Part shown: positions 49,863 to 60,776 of the stretch, one piece after another
Position numbering within the stretch: the stretch's first letter is position 1
Layout of the letters: each line of letters opens with the position of its first letter
Source: Basidiobolus meristosporus CBS 931.73
Lineage: Eukaryota > Fungi > Basidiobolomycota
Direction: 5' to 3'
NCBI GenBank assembly: GCA_002104905.1
Contig: MCFE01000384.1
Location: 1 to 64,000, forward strand
Length of the DNA: 64,000 nucleotides
Translations under genes and position numbers: made by a program
The notes under the pieces: model-generated
Told to the model about the DNA's origin: nothing
Database searches by the model: none
Seen by the model: only the letters and a program-made list of their open reading frames with translations

Positions 49863-50460
49863 CTTGGACCCACGCCGACAATATATTGGTTTTATTGAGT
49901 TGACCTGTTACGCACCGAACGAGCACAACGACAGGGGTTTCTTTAGGGGCCTAGTATTGCTATACTGGGAACGCTGGTGAGGCTTACCACTCCGACTGGG
50001 GGTTGGTAGGGGTTAGTCTGGTTGTTACTGAGGGGAACCCCGGTTGTGTTGTTTCACGTACTTGGTTTAGTGAATACAGGGGAGGGATTCTTCTGACTAT
50101 CCTTTAGACTTGGGTATGGCTAAAGAACGACCAGGTGGTGATAGCGCATGGGTTCCAATAGATAAACCGCACAATACGTAATTTTTTTCCGATCGAGATT
50201 GATCAGGAATCTGCGAAAAATCGCTGGCGAAACGAGGCCCATCGAATCAGACCCTCTTGGGGTGGAGAATTCCCATCAATTTGAACGGGCGGTTCCGATC
50301 GGAGGATCAGGGATTTTGGGTGCAGCTACCCTCAGGGTGGTTCCGGCTGGAGAGCTGGAAATTTTCTACGTGATTGATCTGGTTGCATTTACCGTAGTGC
50401 ACAGTATATATTCGATTTTTTCGTGGGTCCATGTGATTTTTCCCTTGACACTGTTTGGCC

Positions 50461-52117
50461 ATGGCTGCTAGAAGTACTATAGGAAGTAAAGGCGAGTTAA
50501 GAACCGAACGAGTCAAGGTGACTCGTTATTTCCCAGGGAAAATTCCCAAGGGAGTGGAATTGGAGTCCAGCTCTTCAGAAGAGGAGGACATAGGGGAGGA
50601 GAAGGTAGAGGAAGACCAGGAAGAAGAGGAGATTTCCCTACCCATCTCGAATGTCGAGCAAGCACAGAATGTCCCTGTTGCTGACGACAGGAGGTTGCGA
50701 AGGTTGAGGGCAAGGAAAGAGCGCAGCGACCAGACTTCGGATGAAGAGCCGACGAATAATCGCCACAGTATGTAGTAATCTTCAGATTTCGAAATAAGTT
50801 ATTACAACAGCTGACGTGTTTCTTCCACTTTCTGTAGAGGAAAACGAAGAGGAGGAGGAGGAGGAGAGTGAGGAAAGCATAGCTAGACGGCGCGCTTTAT
50901 TAAGAGAGAGGATTCGGCGTCAGCAGGAGGAGGAAGAAGGGGTGACGGAGGAACAAGAAGAAGAAGAAGAAGAAATTATACAACATAAGGAAGAAGAGGA
51001 GGAGGTACCCTGATCCTGTGATGATTGACTTTATGTTAATTATGCATTCATTCTGACAAACATTTATAAAGGAATCCTCCGGCGAATCTTCCTCGGAATA
51101 TGAAAGCGACTCTGAAGAAGAAGAAGAAGAGGCATACGTCAAGCCTATGCTAAAGCCTGTGTTTATTCCAAAGTTAGTATGTATGGGCGACCCTACAAAA
51201 TGCAATTCTGGATATTCACATCGTAGCCAAACTTAGGGTGCATAGAGTCACTATGAGCGAGAAAGAGCTGAAGGAAAAGGAGGAGGAAGAGAAACTGAAG
51301 GAAAAGGAGCTGGAATTAGAAGCCAGGAAAAAGGAATCTCGCTTGATGGCTGCTGAGGAAGTTAGACGAGAAATTGAAAATCCTGGTCAGTGATTAGCAT
51401 GCTGAAAGGAGCCCTGAACCCCCACTAAACATCTGCTGTAGACGAGGATGAGACTAGCAACAGGCCCCCAGACATCGATGATACCGACGGGTTAGATGAG
51501 GAAGCAGAATACGAAGCCTGGAAATTACGCGAGTTGCAGAGAATCAAGCGTGATAGAGAGGAGCGTCTAGCGTAAGCACTGTTTGGTTTGGTAAGATCAA
51601 CGAGATAGACATTAACCGTTGACTAGTTTGGAGAAGGAGCGGGCTGAAATCGAACGCCGTCGTGCCATGCCGGAAAAGCAAAGATTGGCAGAGGATTTGG
51701 CATATGTTCGCGAGCAAAAGGAGAGCAAGAAGAAAGAGAGAGGAAAGCCGATATTCATGCAAAAATATTTCCACAAGGGAGCTTTCTACATGGTACTTCG
51801 GGCAGAATTGGCGTGCTTCTAGGGTGGCTATTCATGCATTTTTCTTACAGGATCAAGGTGCTGAGGTGCTAAATCGAGACTTCGCGGAGCCTACGCCCGA
51901 TGAAATTCGCAACAAGCAATCCCTACCCAAGGTGCTCCAGGTCAAAAACTTCGGACGTGCTGGCCAAACCAAGTATACCCACTTGGTGGACCAGGATACG
52001 TCAAGCAAGGATGCACCTTGGTTCCAAAACTCTGAATTGACCAAGCGCAGTGTATCCAAAATGGGCGGCATGCATGATGTCTTCGATAAGCCCACACGAA
52101 AGAAATCAAAGCAGTGA
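50461..52117 (+). CDS. MFAP1: Spliceosomal MFAP1/Spp381-like protein
   Basis: RYFPGK, MLKPVFIPK, DIDDTDGLDEEAEYEAWKLRELQRIKRDREER, FMQKYFHKGAFY, LPKVLQVKNFGRAGQTKYTHLVDQDT. Confidence 0.93.
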
Positions 52118-52460
52118 ATGAAACGATACGCTTCTACCGTGAAGCCCGACATTGTATAAATCTATTTCAGTAAGAAGCCTCTGCATGTATGATATTGAAG
52201 TTTAGAATGACATTCTTTGTGGAAATAAACGAGCCCTAGCTGTGGGTGACTGGTCGGATTTTTTCCAAGGAATGCTAATCATGGCCTGGATATCGATCAG
52301 ATCAATCGCATTGTTTTGAGCGGCGATCAATTAATCACTAATACCCACCCTTCGAGATTCCAGGCTAGACTGGCCTCGCTTCTCTGCCAGTGATTCATAG
52401 TTCGGGGGCTCGAGTATGCTGTGAACCCAACATATTCCATTGACACCCTCTGTAGCCCAC

Positions 52461-52976
52461 ATGAGTCCTGCGCCAGAACCAGAAACCCCGACAACCGTCC
52501 AGGAGACGGTAATAATCAAGAAGAAACCTTGTCGAGTTTGCGATGCTTTCAAGAGTTGGACCAAAAAGGAGCGCAAGGAAATGCGGGAGGCCGAAAAGGG
52601 TTCAGTGGAGACCACTCCTGAAGAGAAAAAAATCGTGGAGTGCCCGCCGGACAAGGTTGAGCTCGGTCGCTCTACCTGGACCTTTTTACATACCATGGCT
52701 GCGTACTACCCTGATAAACCAAGCCAAGAGCAGCAGGGAGACATGCGCTCGTTTTTAGGGAATTTCTCGAAGTTCTATCCGTGCCAGTGGTGCGCCAACC
52801 ACTTGCAAGGCCAAATGAAGAGCGACCCGCCAAAGGTAAACAGCCGAGAAGCGCTTTCGCTGTGGCTATGCCAGCTCCACAACGGTGTCAATAGATTGTT
52901 AAAAAAGCCGGAATTCGACTGCTCCAAAGTAGATGAGCGTTGGAGAACCGGGCCAAAAGATGGCTCATGCGATTGA
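52461..52976 (+). CDS. ERV1: FAD-linked sulfhydryl oxidase ERV1/ALR
   Basis: N-terminal shuttle CRVC; CPPDKVELGRSTWTFLHTMAAYYP, FYPCQWCA, LWLCQLHNGVN, FDCSKVDERW. Confidence 0.95.
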   Translation: MSPAPEPETPTTVQETVIIKKKPCRVCDAFKSWTKKERKEMREAEKGSVETTPEEKKIVECPPDKVELGRSTWTFLHTMAAYYPDKPSQEQQGDMRSFLGNFSKFYPCQWCANHLQGQMKSDPPKVNSREALSLWLCQLHNGVNRLLKKPEFDCSKVDERWRTGPKDGSCD

Positions 52977-53417
52977 ATAAACGTTTGCTGCCAATGACCA
53001 AACGATAAGCTCAAATCTCGCCATTTGACGTGTAACCATACAGGATGATGTGACAAAGATCCGCTGCCAGTATCACTTGAGCCGGGATGGCAATGACAGG
53101 ATAACTACCTAATATCACGACTTGATAAGCAGCACTAATTTGCGCATTTCATTGTCACTTGGCAACCTGCGTTCCGAATTTATCTGTAGCACAAAGTAGC
53201 TTATTCACGGACTAGATGGGTTGAATTTTGGAAGCAGGATTCTCTTCTGGTTGAGTAATGGCTCACTAAGCTCCGATAGGTGCATTTCAGATTTAGGTTA
53301 GCGTAGCAAGTGATGGCGACTACTTGTGTATGTATGATCAATGGGGCAGCGGGTGAAATTTGTAGGATATAAATGTCTTGGGTACCTTTCTGCTAAAAGC
53401 ATCCGACAACCGCTACT

Positions 53418-54367
53418 ATGACTGAATACCAGAACCGCATTATTGGCGCTCCTAACACTTTGGAGTACCGTGTTTACTTCGGTAAGGCTGGTGGCACGCA
53501 TTGATTGCTGGACCTGTTGACTAACATTGCTGGCTCACAGAACAAAACGGGAAGATCATCTCTCCCTTCCACGATATCCCCCTCTTCGCCAACGACACGA
53601 AGACCGTCTACAACATGGTTGTTGAAATCCCCCGCTGGACCAACGCCAAACTCGAGATATCCACCGGGGACGCATTCAACGGCATCAAGCAAGATATCAA
53701 GAAGGGAAAGTTGAGATATGTTCGCAACAGTTTCCCTCACCACGGCTACATCTGGAACTATGGTGCGCTCCCTCAAACCTGGGAGGACCCCACCCACTCT
53801 CACCCTGATACACAGGCCCGAGGAGACAATGATCCTGTCGATGTGATCGAAATCGGTGAGCAGGTTGGCTATACTGGACAGGTCAAGCAAGTAAAGGTTC
53901 TCGGTGTAATGGCTCTGATCGATGAAGGGGAAACCGATTGGAAAGTCATCGCAATCGATGTCAATGACCCACTGGCAAACAAACTCAATGATATTGACGA
54001 TGTTGAGAAGCATCTTCCTGGATTGATTCGTGCCACCAACGAATGGTTCCGCATCTACAAAATCCCCGACGGGAAACCCGAAAACAAGTTTGCGTTCTCT
54101 GGAGAAGCCAAGAACAAGAGGTATGCGACCGACGTGATCCTCGAAACTCACGAGGCTTGGAGGCGCTTGATCACGGGGGCTATCCCACCCAAGGGAGAGC
54201 TTTACGATATTACTCTTGAAAACAGCACCGTGTCCGGCTCCCCATACAATGTTGGTGTCGATAGCGAGGTCTACAAGAACATCCCTGCTGACTCCCGTAG
54301 GCCAGCTGCTCCCGTTGACTCCTCTATTGACAAGTGGTTCTACATCTCTGGCAACTCGAACGCTTAA
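53418..54367 (+). CDS. IPP1: Family I inorganic pyrophosphatase
   Basis: [57 protein letters not shown]. One intron. Confidence 0.97.
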
Positions 54368-54720
54368 ACCTCCACATTCCCATTGAAAATAAAAAACCCA
54401 TCCATTCCATCTCTGATGAACGAGTTGACCTCCACCCTGCCAACCACTCCCATGGGGAACAGACGAGTAAAAAGATTGCCCTGAACCCACCCAAGGAAAT
54501 ATGATCTTCAGTATTTCGCCTTTATTTTCAATGGCTTCGCGTAACTTTCGAATACATTAATGCCAAGAAAAAAGGAAAAAAGGAAATTTACATGGCGCGA
54601 AATCCGGTGAGTGAGCTTCTAAGTGGAGAGTCTGAATGAAAAAGGACATATAATAATAGTGATAGAAGTTCAACGTCAATTGGTAGTCTATAATCCCGTC
54701 TCGATTAAATCAATTCTTAA

Positions 54721-57138
54721 TTATTCGTCAAAGTTGAACTTGATGGAATGACTTTCCAAGTCAATCTTTCCCCCGCGGTAAGAACCACGCTTCTTCTTGT
54801 TCTTCTCCTTGGTGAATCCCTTGCCACGAGTGACGATCAAGTCGTTGTGGGCTTTGTGTCCGTAGGAGCCGAGGGATCCGCCTTTGCTCATGAAGGTGTT
54901 GTCCATCAAGCGTTCGTCGTGGAAGACGACATCCTCATCCTTGATTCTGCAGAAAGGGGTGTTGGGAGTTCTCTTGCTTTTGGGAGTTTCATCGGATTCA
55001 GCAGGTCTCTTGTTGGGAGTGGCTACTGACATCTTCATGCGCTTGTTGTTGGGCTCGGAAGTCTCGCTTTCGGATGAATCGGCCTTTCTCTTCTTGGAGT
55101 TGTCTTCGGCTTCTTCCTCAGAGTCGGAGTCGGAGGAGCTGGAGCTGCTGGAGGACTCGGCATCGGACTTCTCATCTTCGGAGCTGGAGCTGGATGAACT
55201 GTCATCGCTTGAATCAGCCTTGGCCTTTTCCTTCTCATCTTCGGACTCGCTAGATGAATCAGAGTCAGAGGAGTCGGACTTGGCCTTCTCCTTCTCATCT
55301 TCAGACTCGCTGGACGAATCAGAGTCGGAGTCAGAGTCAGAGGATGAGTCCGACTTGGCCTTCTCTTCCTCATCGGAGCTGGAATCCGAGTCATCGCTAG
55401 AGGATTCAGCCTTGTCCTCTTCATCGGATGAAGAGTCACTGCTGGAGGACTCAGACTTAGCCTTCTCCTCCTCATCTTCGGACTCGCTAGATGAATCAGA
55501 GTCAGAGGAGTCGGACTTGGCCTTTTCCTTCTCATCTTCAGACTCGCTGGACGAATCAGAGTCGGAGTCAGAGGATGAGTCGGATTTGGCCTTCTCTTCC
55601 TCAGATTCAGAGGAGGAATCATCGCTGCTGGAGTCAGAAGACTCAGACTTGGCCTTCTCTTCCTCAGATTCATCGCTGCTGGATTCCTCCTTCTTGGCAT
55701 CGGCCATCTCGGTATCTTCATCCGAGTCGGAAGATTCATCGCTGCTGGAGGATGACTCGGCCTTGGTTTCTTCTTCGGAGTCTGAGGAATCGCTGCTGGA
55801 GGATTCGGATTTGGCCTTCTCTTCCTCATCGGAGGAATCGTCACTGCTGGAGGAATCCTCGGAGTCGGAGGAAGATTCTTCGCTGCTGGAGGAGTCAGAT
55901 TTGGCCTTCTCCTCAGATTCGGATGAGGAATCGTCGCTGCTGGAGGAGTCGGAGGATGATTCGGCCTTTTCCTTCTCGTCCTCGGATTCGGAGGAAGAGT
56001 CACTGCTGGAGGAATCGGAGGATGATTCAGCCTTGGCCTTCTCTTCCTCGGATTCAGAAGAAGAGTCATCACTGCTGGAGGAGTCAGAAGATGATTCAGC
56101 CTTGGCCTTCTCTTCCTCAGATTCAGAGGAAGAGTCATCGCTGCTGGAGGAGTCGGACTTAGCCTTCTCGTCCTCGGATTCGGAGGAAGAGTCATCACTG
56201 CTGGAGGATTCAGCCTTTTCCTTCTCATCCTCGGATTCGGAAGAAGAGTCACTGCTGGAAGAGTCCGAAGAAGATTCAGCCTTAGCCTTCTCTTCCTCAG
56301 ATTCAGAGGAGGAATCGTCGCTGCTGGAGGAGTCGGAGGATGATTCGGCCTTTTCCTTCTCATCCTCGGATTCGGAGGAAGAGTCATCACTGCTGGATGA
56401 TTCGGATTTGGCCTTCTCCTCCTCGGACTCGGAGGAAGAATCGTCACTGCTGGAAGATTCAGAGGATGAGTCCGACTTGGCCTTCTCTTCAGATTTTTCT
56501 TCCTCAGATTCAGAGGAGGAATCATCGCTGCTAGAGTCTTCGGAGGAGGAGGAGGAGGAGGACTTGGCCTTCTCTTCTTCAGAGGAGGATGAAGAGTCGC
56601 TGCTGCTAGAGCTGTCGCTGCTTGAAGATTCTTTGGTGGCCTTCACATCAGAAGAGTCGGAACTTGACTTGGCCTCTTCTTCGTCATCGCTAGAGTCGGA
56701 ATCGGAATCAGCTTCATCGGAGCTGCTAGATTCTGAGTCGGCATCCTCGGAATCAGAGGAGCTGCTGGAGGATTCTTTCTCGCTCTCGGAGTCGCTAGAG
56801 TCGGAATCGCTGTCGACATCCATGGCGTCACTGAAAGAGCAACCTGTTGTGAATACAAACTCCTCAAAACCTCGACAACATACAACCATACCTCTTGGGG
56901 GCAGCAAGGTGCTTGCGGTAGACCTCAAACCACACGTTGCTTTTTTCATCTTTCATAAGCTAAAATCCAAAACTTAATACACGGAGCCTGGAACCAACAC
57001 AACCCGAGAGATTGACATGAATTGAACCAGGCTAGTTACCTCCTTGACAGCCAGCTCGAGAGATTTGGCGGTTTTTTCGCACCCATGCTCAGCTAAGTGG
57101 CTATTAATCAACTCATAGAGAGTAGGCTTTTCACTCAT
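54721..57138 (-). CDS. SRP40: Nucleolar SRP40/Nopp140-like phosphoprotein
   Basis: LisH-like first exon LYELINSHLAEHGCEKTAKSL; more than 20 Ser/acidic repeats; SRP40_C tail (PFCRI, YGHKAHNDLIVTRGKGFTKEKNKKKRGSYRGGKI). Two introns near the 5' end. Confidence 0.93.
54990..56830. repeat. Coding minisatellite of SRP40 Ser/Asp/Glu repeats
   Basis: Recurrent units of the type TCAGATTCAGAGGA(A/G)GAGTC(A/G)TC(A/G)CTGCTGGAGGA...TTGGCCTTCTC. Confidence 0.9.
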
Positions 57139-57305
57139 GTTTATTCGAAGTGAACAATGGTGGAGGTAGTGTGTAAAACGAGCGCAAGTCCCGACGGAAG
57201 CAGAGGGGCACCAGATAACGTCAACCTGGTTAGGTAAACAATTTTTTTTTCTTTCGCGTTAATTTGGGATCCATTGAAAATGGCCCGAAGATTTTTTTCG
57301 GTTTA

Positions 57306-57315
57306 TGAAAATTTT
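57306..57315. promoter_or_regulatory. RRPE-like motif upstream of SRP40
   Basis: TGAAAATTTT resembles the yeast RRPE element of ribosome-biogenesis promoters. Function in this lineage is not shown. Confidence 0.3.
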
Positions 57316-57767
57316 CCGCCACTCAGCGCCAGAACAGCCAACAAATTTTTGGATGCTCTCTTTTTTTCTTGATTCCCCTCCTCGCTCGCCCGGAATCCGT
57401 CCACTCTTGACATCGGTTTGGGTCGTGGGTCTGAGTGATCGTCATTTGGTTCCAGCTAACGTGATCCTCTACAAGCAGTGATTTTGGTGAATGCTAATCA
57501 ATACCTAATCTGGGTTTGTTGGTTTGGTTTATCTTGGTGACGGTCTCGTGATCATCCTAGGGTTAGGGCTCAGGCGGCAATCTAGAGGTGGCCCCAAATA
57601 TTTGAGGGTCTACATTGAGTATGATGAATATGATGTCGTAAGCAATCTTTACCTACACAAAGTAGAGGAAAACTAGAGTGAATAAAAGTTCCAAGTCTTT
57701 TGTGCGTGTGTAAAGGATATTATTTTGGTTACTTTAATATTTCACCTTACAACAACCCCAAGAAGAT

Positions 57768-58953
57768 ATGACCTCCATCGGCACTGGTGTAGGTGGCCCT
57801 TCGGTTACTTCGCTCTTTTCGCATGCTAACCAGCTGTTTGCCTCCCACGATAGTACGATTTATCCGTTAGTACATACTCCCCTGACGGCCGTGTCTTCCA
57901 AGTAGAATATGCTGGGAAGGCGGTCGATAACAGCGGGTACGTATCTCCACCATCTTCTCTCTAAGTTCTGAAGTAACCCATGTTTTCTCTAGCACCGCTA
58001 TCGGTTTGCGTGTTAAGGATGGCGTGGTGTTTGCGGTCGAAAAAATCGTACAGTCCAAACTTCTGGTCCCCGGCTCTAACAAGCGTATCCAAACTGTCGA
58101 TAGACACATCGGTGTGGTAAGCTTTGGATTTGCCTTCTATTTTCTGCCGGATTCTATGTGACCAAAGTTCTCTAGGCCACCGCTGGTCTGATTGCTGATG
58201 CTAGACACGTCGTTAACAGAGCAAGAGAAGAGGCTCAAAGTTATCGTGACAATTACAGCATCCCTATTCCCGGAAAGGTCTGGCTGGACTTTCTAGCTCT
58301 TGGTTTCCTTCACTTGACTAATCTCTCTTGTTTCCTCAGATGATTGCCGATCGTGTTGGCTTGTACGTCCAAGCATATACCCTTTATTCAAGCGTTAGAC
58401 CATTCGGCTGTAGTGCTATTGTTGGTCTTATTGACCAGGAAGGACCACAGCTATATATGATTGAGCCTTCTGGCGTGTACTGGGTAAGGTTCTTCTCCGC
58501 ACACATGCTTATACAAGTGTACAAACAAGCTAACCATCCTCAAGGGTTACCACGGTTGTGCCATTGGTAAAGGCAAGCAAGTAGCCAAAACAGAGATTGA
58601 AAAGCTCAACTTGTCTGAGATGACTGTTCGTGAAGCAGTCAAGGAGGCAGCCAGAATGTAATGTATTTTCATGAATTGGAAGTGAAGGGAATGTTGGTAG
58701 CTGAATTTCTACTCTCTTCTAGTATCTACACTGCTCATGATGAGGCCAAGGATAAAGACTTCGAGTTGGAGCTCTCATGGGTTTCAAATGAGACCCAGGG
58801 TAAACATCAGTTTGTTCCCAAAGATGTGATTGAAGAGGCTGAGAGATTCGCCAAGGTAATTCGATCCCTAATCGACATTCCTTCCTTCTCGACCCGCTCT
58901 AACCTGTTATTCCCATTCAGGAATCTCTGAACGAGGATATGGAGGAAGATTAA
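57768..58953 (+). CDS. PRE10: 20S proteasome subunit alpha-7
   Basis: [63 protein letters not shown]. Many introns. Confidence 0.97.
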
Positions 58954-59500
58954 ATCCGCTTCAGCAAATTTGACTGTATTATTAACATACCTAAGTGCGT
59001 TTATATTGGTGAAATAAACAAAGCAGAGCATTAGCCATGGTCGTTCTACATCAATCTTTCCATAATAAATTCTCGGCTGGATTCAGTTGAATTTTTCACT
59101 TGAACGTTCGCTTGATTTGACGTTTATGCAAGGAGGAAACATGTAGCTGCAATGAGTCTTTTGGTTTCAGCTGTCGCTTCCTTTTGTGAAGGCCGCCAAA
59201 CATGAATGATTCAAGCTGCTTTTCTTGACGGTATTGCAAAGGAGCGAGGGTATTGTTGGGAACCCGGTTGGTAGAGCAAAAATAAAGCTACTTGAATATG
59301 ATCATGGACCCGGAAGTCAGCATATTGCTTGGTTGCCGAACAGGAGAATATTTCTCAGCTACATCTAGCTAAAAGGCGTGCCAATTTCCGTCCAATATTC
59401 TTGACATTCCAACTCTGAGCATAAAATGATATTGTAATTGAGACAGGTGATAAAAATTACAAGATAAGGATTTTCTTAGGAGGTGGGTTGACATGAAAGC

Positions 59501-59572
59501 GGCTCAATGGTCTAGTAGTATGATTCCTCGTTCGGGTCGAGGAGGTCCCGGGTTCAATTCCCGGTTGAGCCC
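59501..59572 (+). tRNA. tRNA-Pro(CGG)
   Basis: Acceptor GGCTCAA/TTGAGCC; anticodon arm CCTCG-TTCGGGT-CGAGG; T arm CCGGG-TTCAATT-CCCGG; followed by a T-rich terminator. Confidence 0.95.
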
Positions 59573-59652
59573 TTCTTTTCTCACACCTTTTGCAGCTGGT
59601 TCATTTTGCTGATTGGCAAGGGTTCGGATACTGAGAAAAATAAAAAAGAAAG

Positions 59653-59725
59653 CGACCCAGGTGGGGGTCGAACCCACGACTTTCTCCTCCGGAGGGAGAC
59701 ACTCTTTCCACTGAGCTACAGGGCC
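59653..59725 (-). tRNA. tRNA-Arg(CCG)
   Basis: A box TAGCTCAGTGG; anticodon arm TCTCC-CTCCGGA-GGAGA; T arm GTGGG-TTCGACC-CCCAC. The acceptor stem has one T-T mismatch. Confidence 0.92.
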
Positions 59726-60552
59726 ATTTACGAAACTTTTGCACTTCTTGCCTTCTACAGAGCTATATTGTTGTATCCGATTAGCTAGAAAATGGACTAG
59801 AGTGCTTAGTTTGATATCTCTCTGTGATGCCTAAAGTAGAAAATTCGATTTTCAAACCAGAGTACTGCTCATAACTTGACTGGAAAGACGCTTAGCCTAG
59901 AATGCTTATAAGGCTTTTTATAACTATCCTATGAGAAACTTTGGTCATTAACATATATGGGTACTTTAAAGGTGTTATCATTCTGCTGGATTCTCTTATG
60001 CCATTGTAGTAACAACTTTCTGTCATGGACATGTTTACATAGGTAATGATGGTTTGCACATTGGTATTCCGCTACGATGTCTCTGGTATGAGTTAATCAC
60101 ATTGACTGTTAGAGCTGGGTGTGAAATGTTTCAATAACTAATCATTCTTCCAGCGATTATACTTGGTCCAAATCTACATTGGTAATGAATGTAACCATCT
60201 GCTGGAAAGCAAGTGAAAACCAATCTGGTTTCATTGAGTCTAAAAATGCTTACCATCTCCATTGGCAAGCTTAAATTTTGTAGGGTACAAGTGCTACCTT
60301 CGAAGAAGAGTCTTCCTTGAAAAGTGAGCCTTGTTTGTCTCCATCCTCCAATCAGGATAACTGCATTAAAAGGTAAGCTTGGCATTGTAGGTGATGATTA
60401 ATGATACACTCAAATCAGACAGATCTAAACTGGCAAGAAAGCGGAATAACAGGAATCAAATGTTAAGAGTCAACTACAACATTCTAATGCACACAATGTA
60501 CAACACATCTACTAACTACGTGTAAAGCAAAAAATGAAACTTTTCCATAAAT

Positions 60553-60625
60553 GGCCCTGTAGCTCAGTGGAAAGAGTGTCTCCCTCCGGAGGAGAAAGTC
60601 GTGGGTTCGACCCCCACCTGGGTCG
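60553..60625 (+). tRNA. tRNA-Arg(CCG), second identical copy
   Basis: Identical to the reverse complement of 59653-59725; followed by TTTCTTTTT. Confidence 0.92.
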
Positions 60626-60704
60626 CTTTCTTTTTATTTTTCTCAGTATCCGATCCTTTTCAATCAGCAAAAATGAACCATCTGCAAAAGGTGTGAGAAA
60701 AGAA

Positions 60705-60776
60705 GGGCTCAACCGGGAATTGAACCCGGGACCTCCTCGACCCGAACGAGGAATCATACTACTAGACCATTGAGCC
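60705..60776 (-). tRNA. tRNA-Pro(CGG), second identical copy
   Basis: Identical to the reverse complement of 59501-59572. Confidence 0.95.

Larger units (their letters stand above)
59274..59730 (+). repeat. Left arm of ~457-bp inverted repeat
   Basis: Reverse complement of 60548-61003, with about 12 differences by manual count. Confidence 0.95.

Noticed and set aside
53474-54490. 338-aa antisense ORF over IPP1
   Set aside because: Shadow ORF arising from codon bias.
54884-56977. 697-aa, 496-aa and 223-aa overlapping ORFs in SRP40
   Set aside because: The repeat array lacks stop triplets in these frames; the products are low-complexity shadows.
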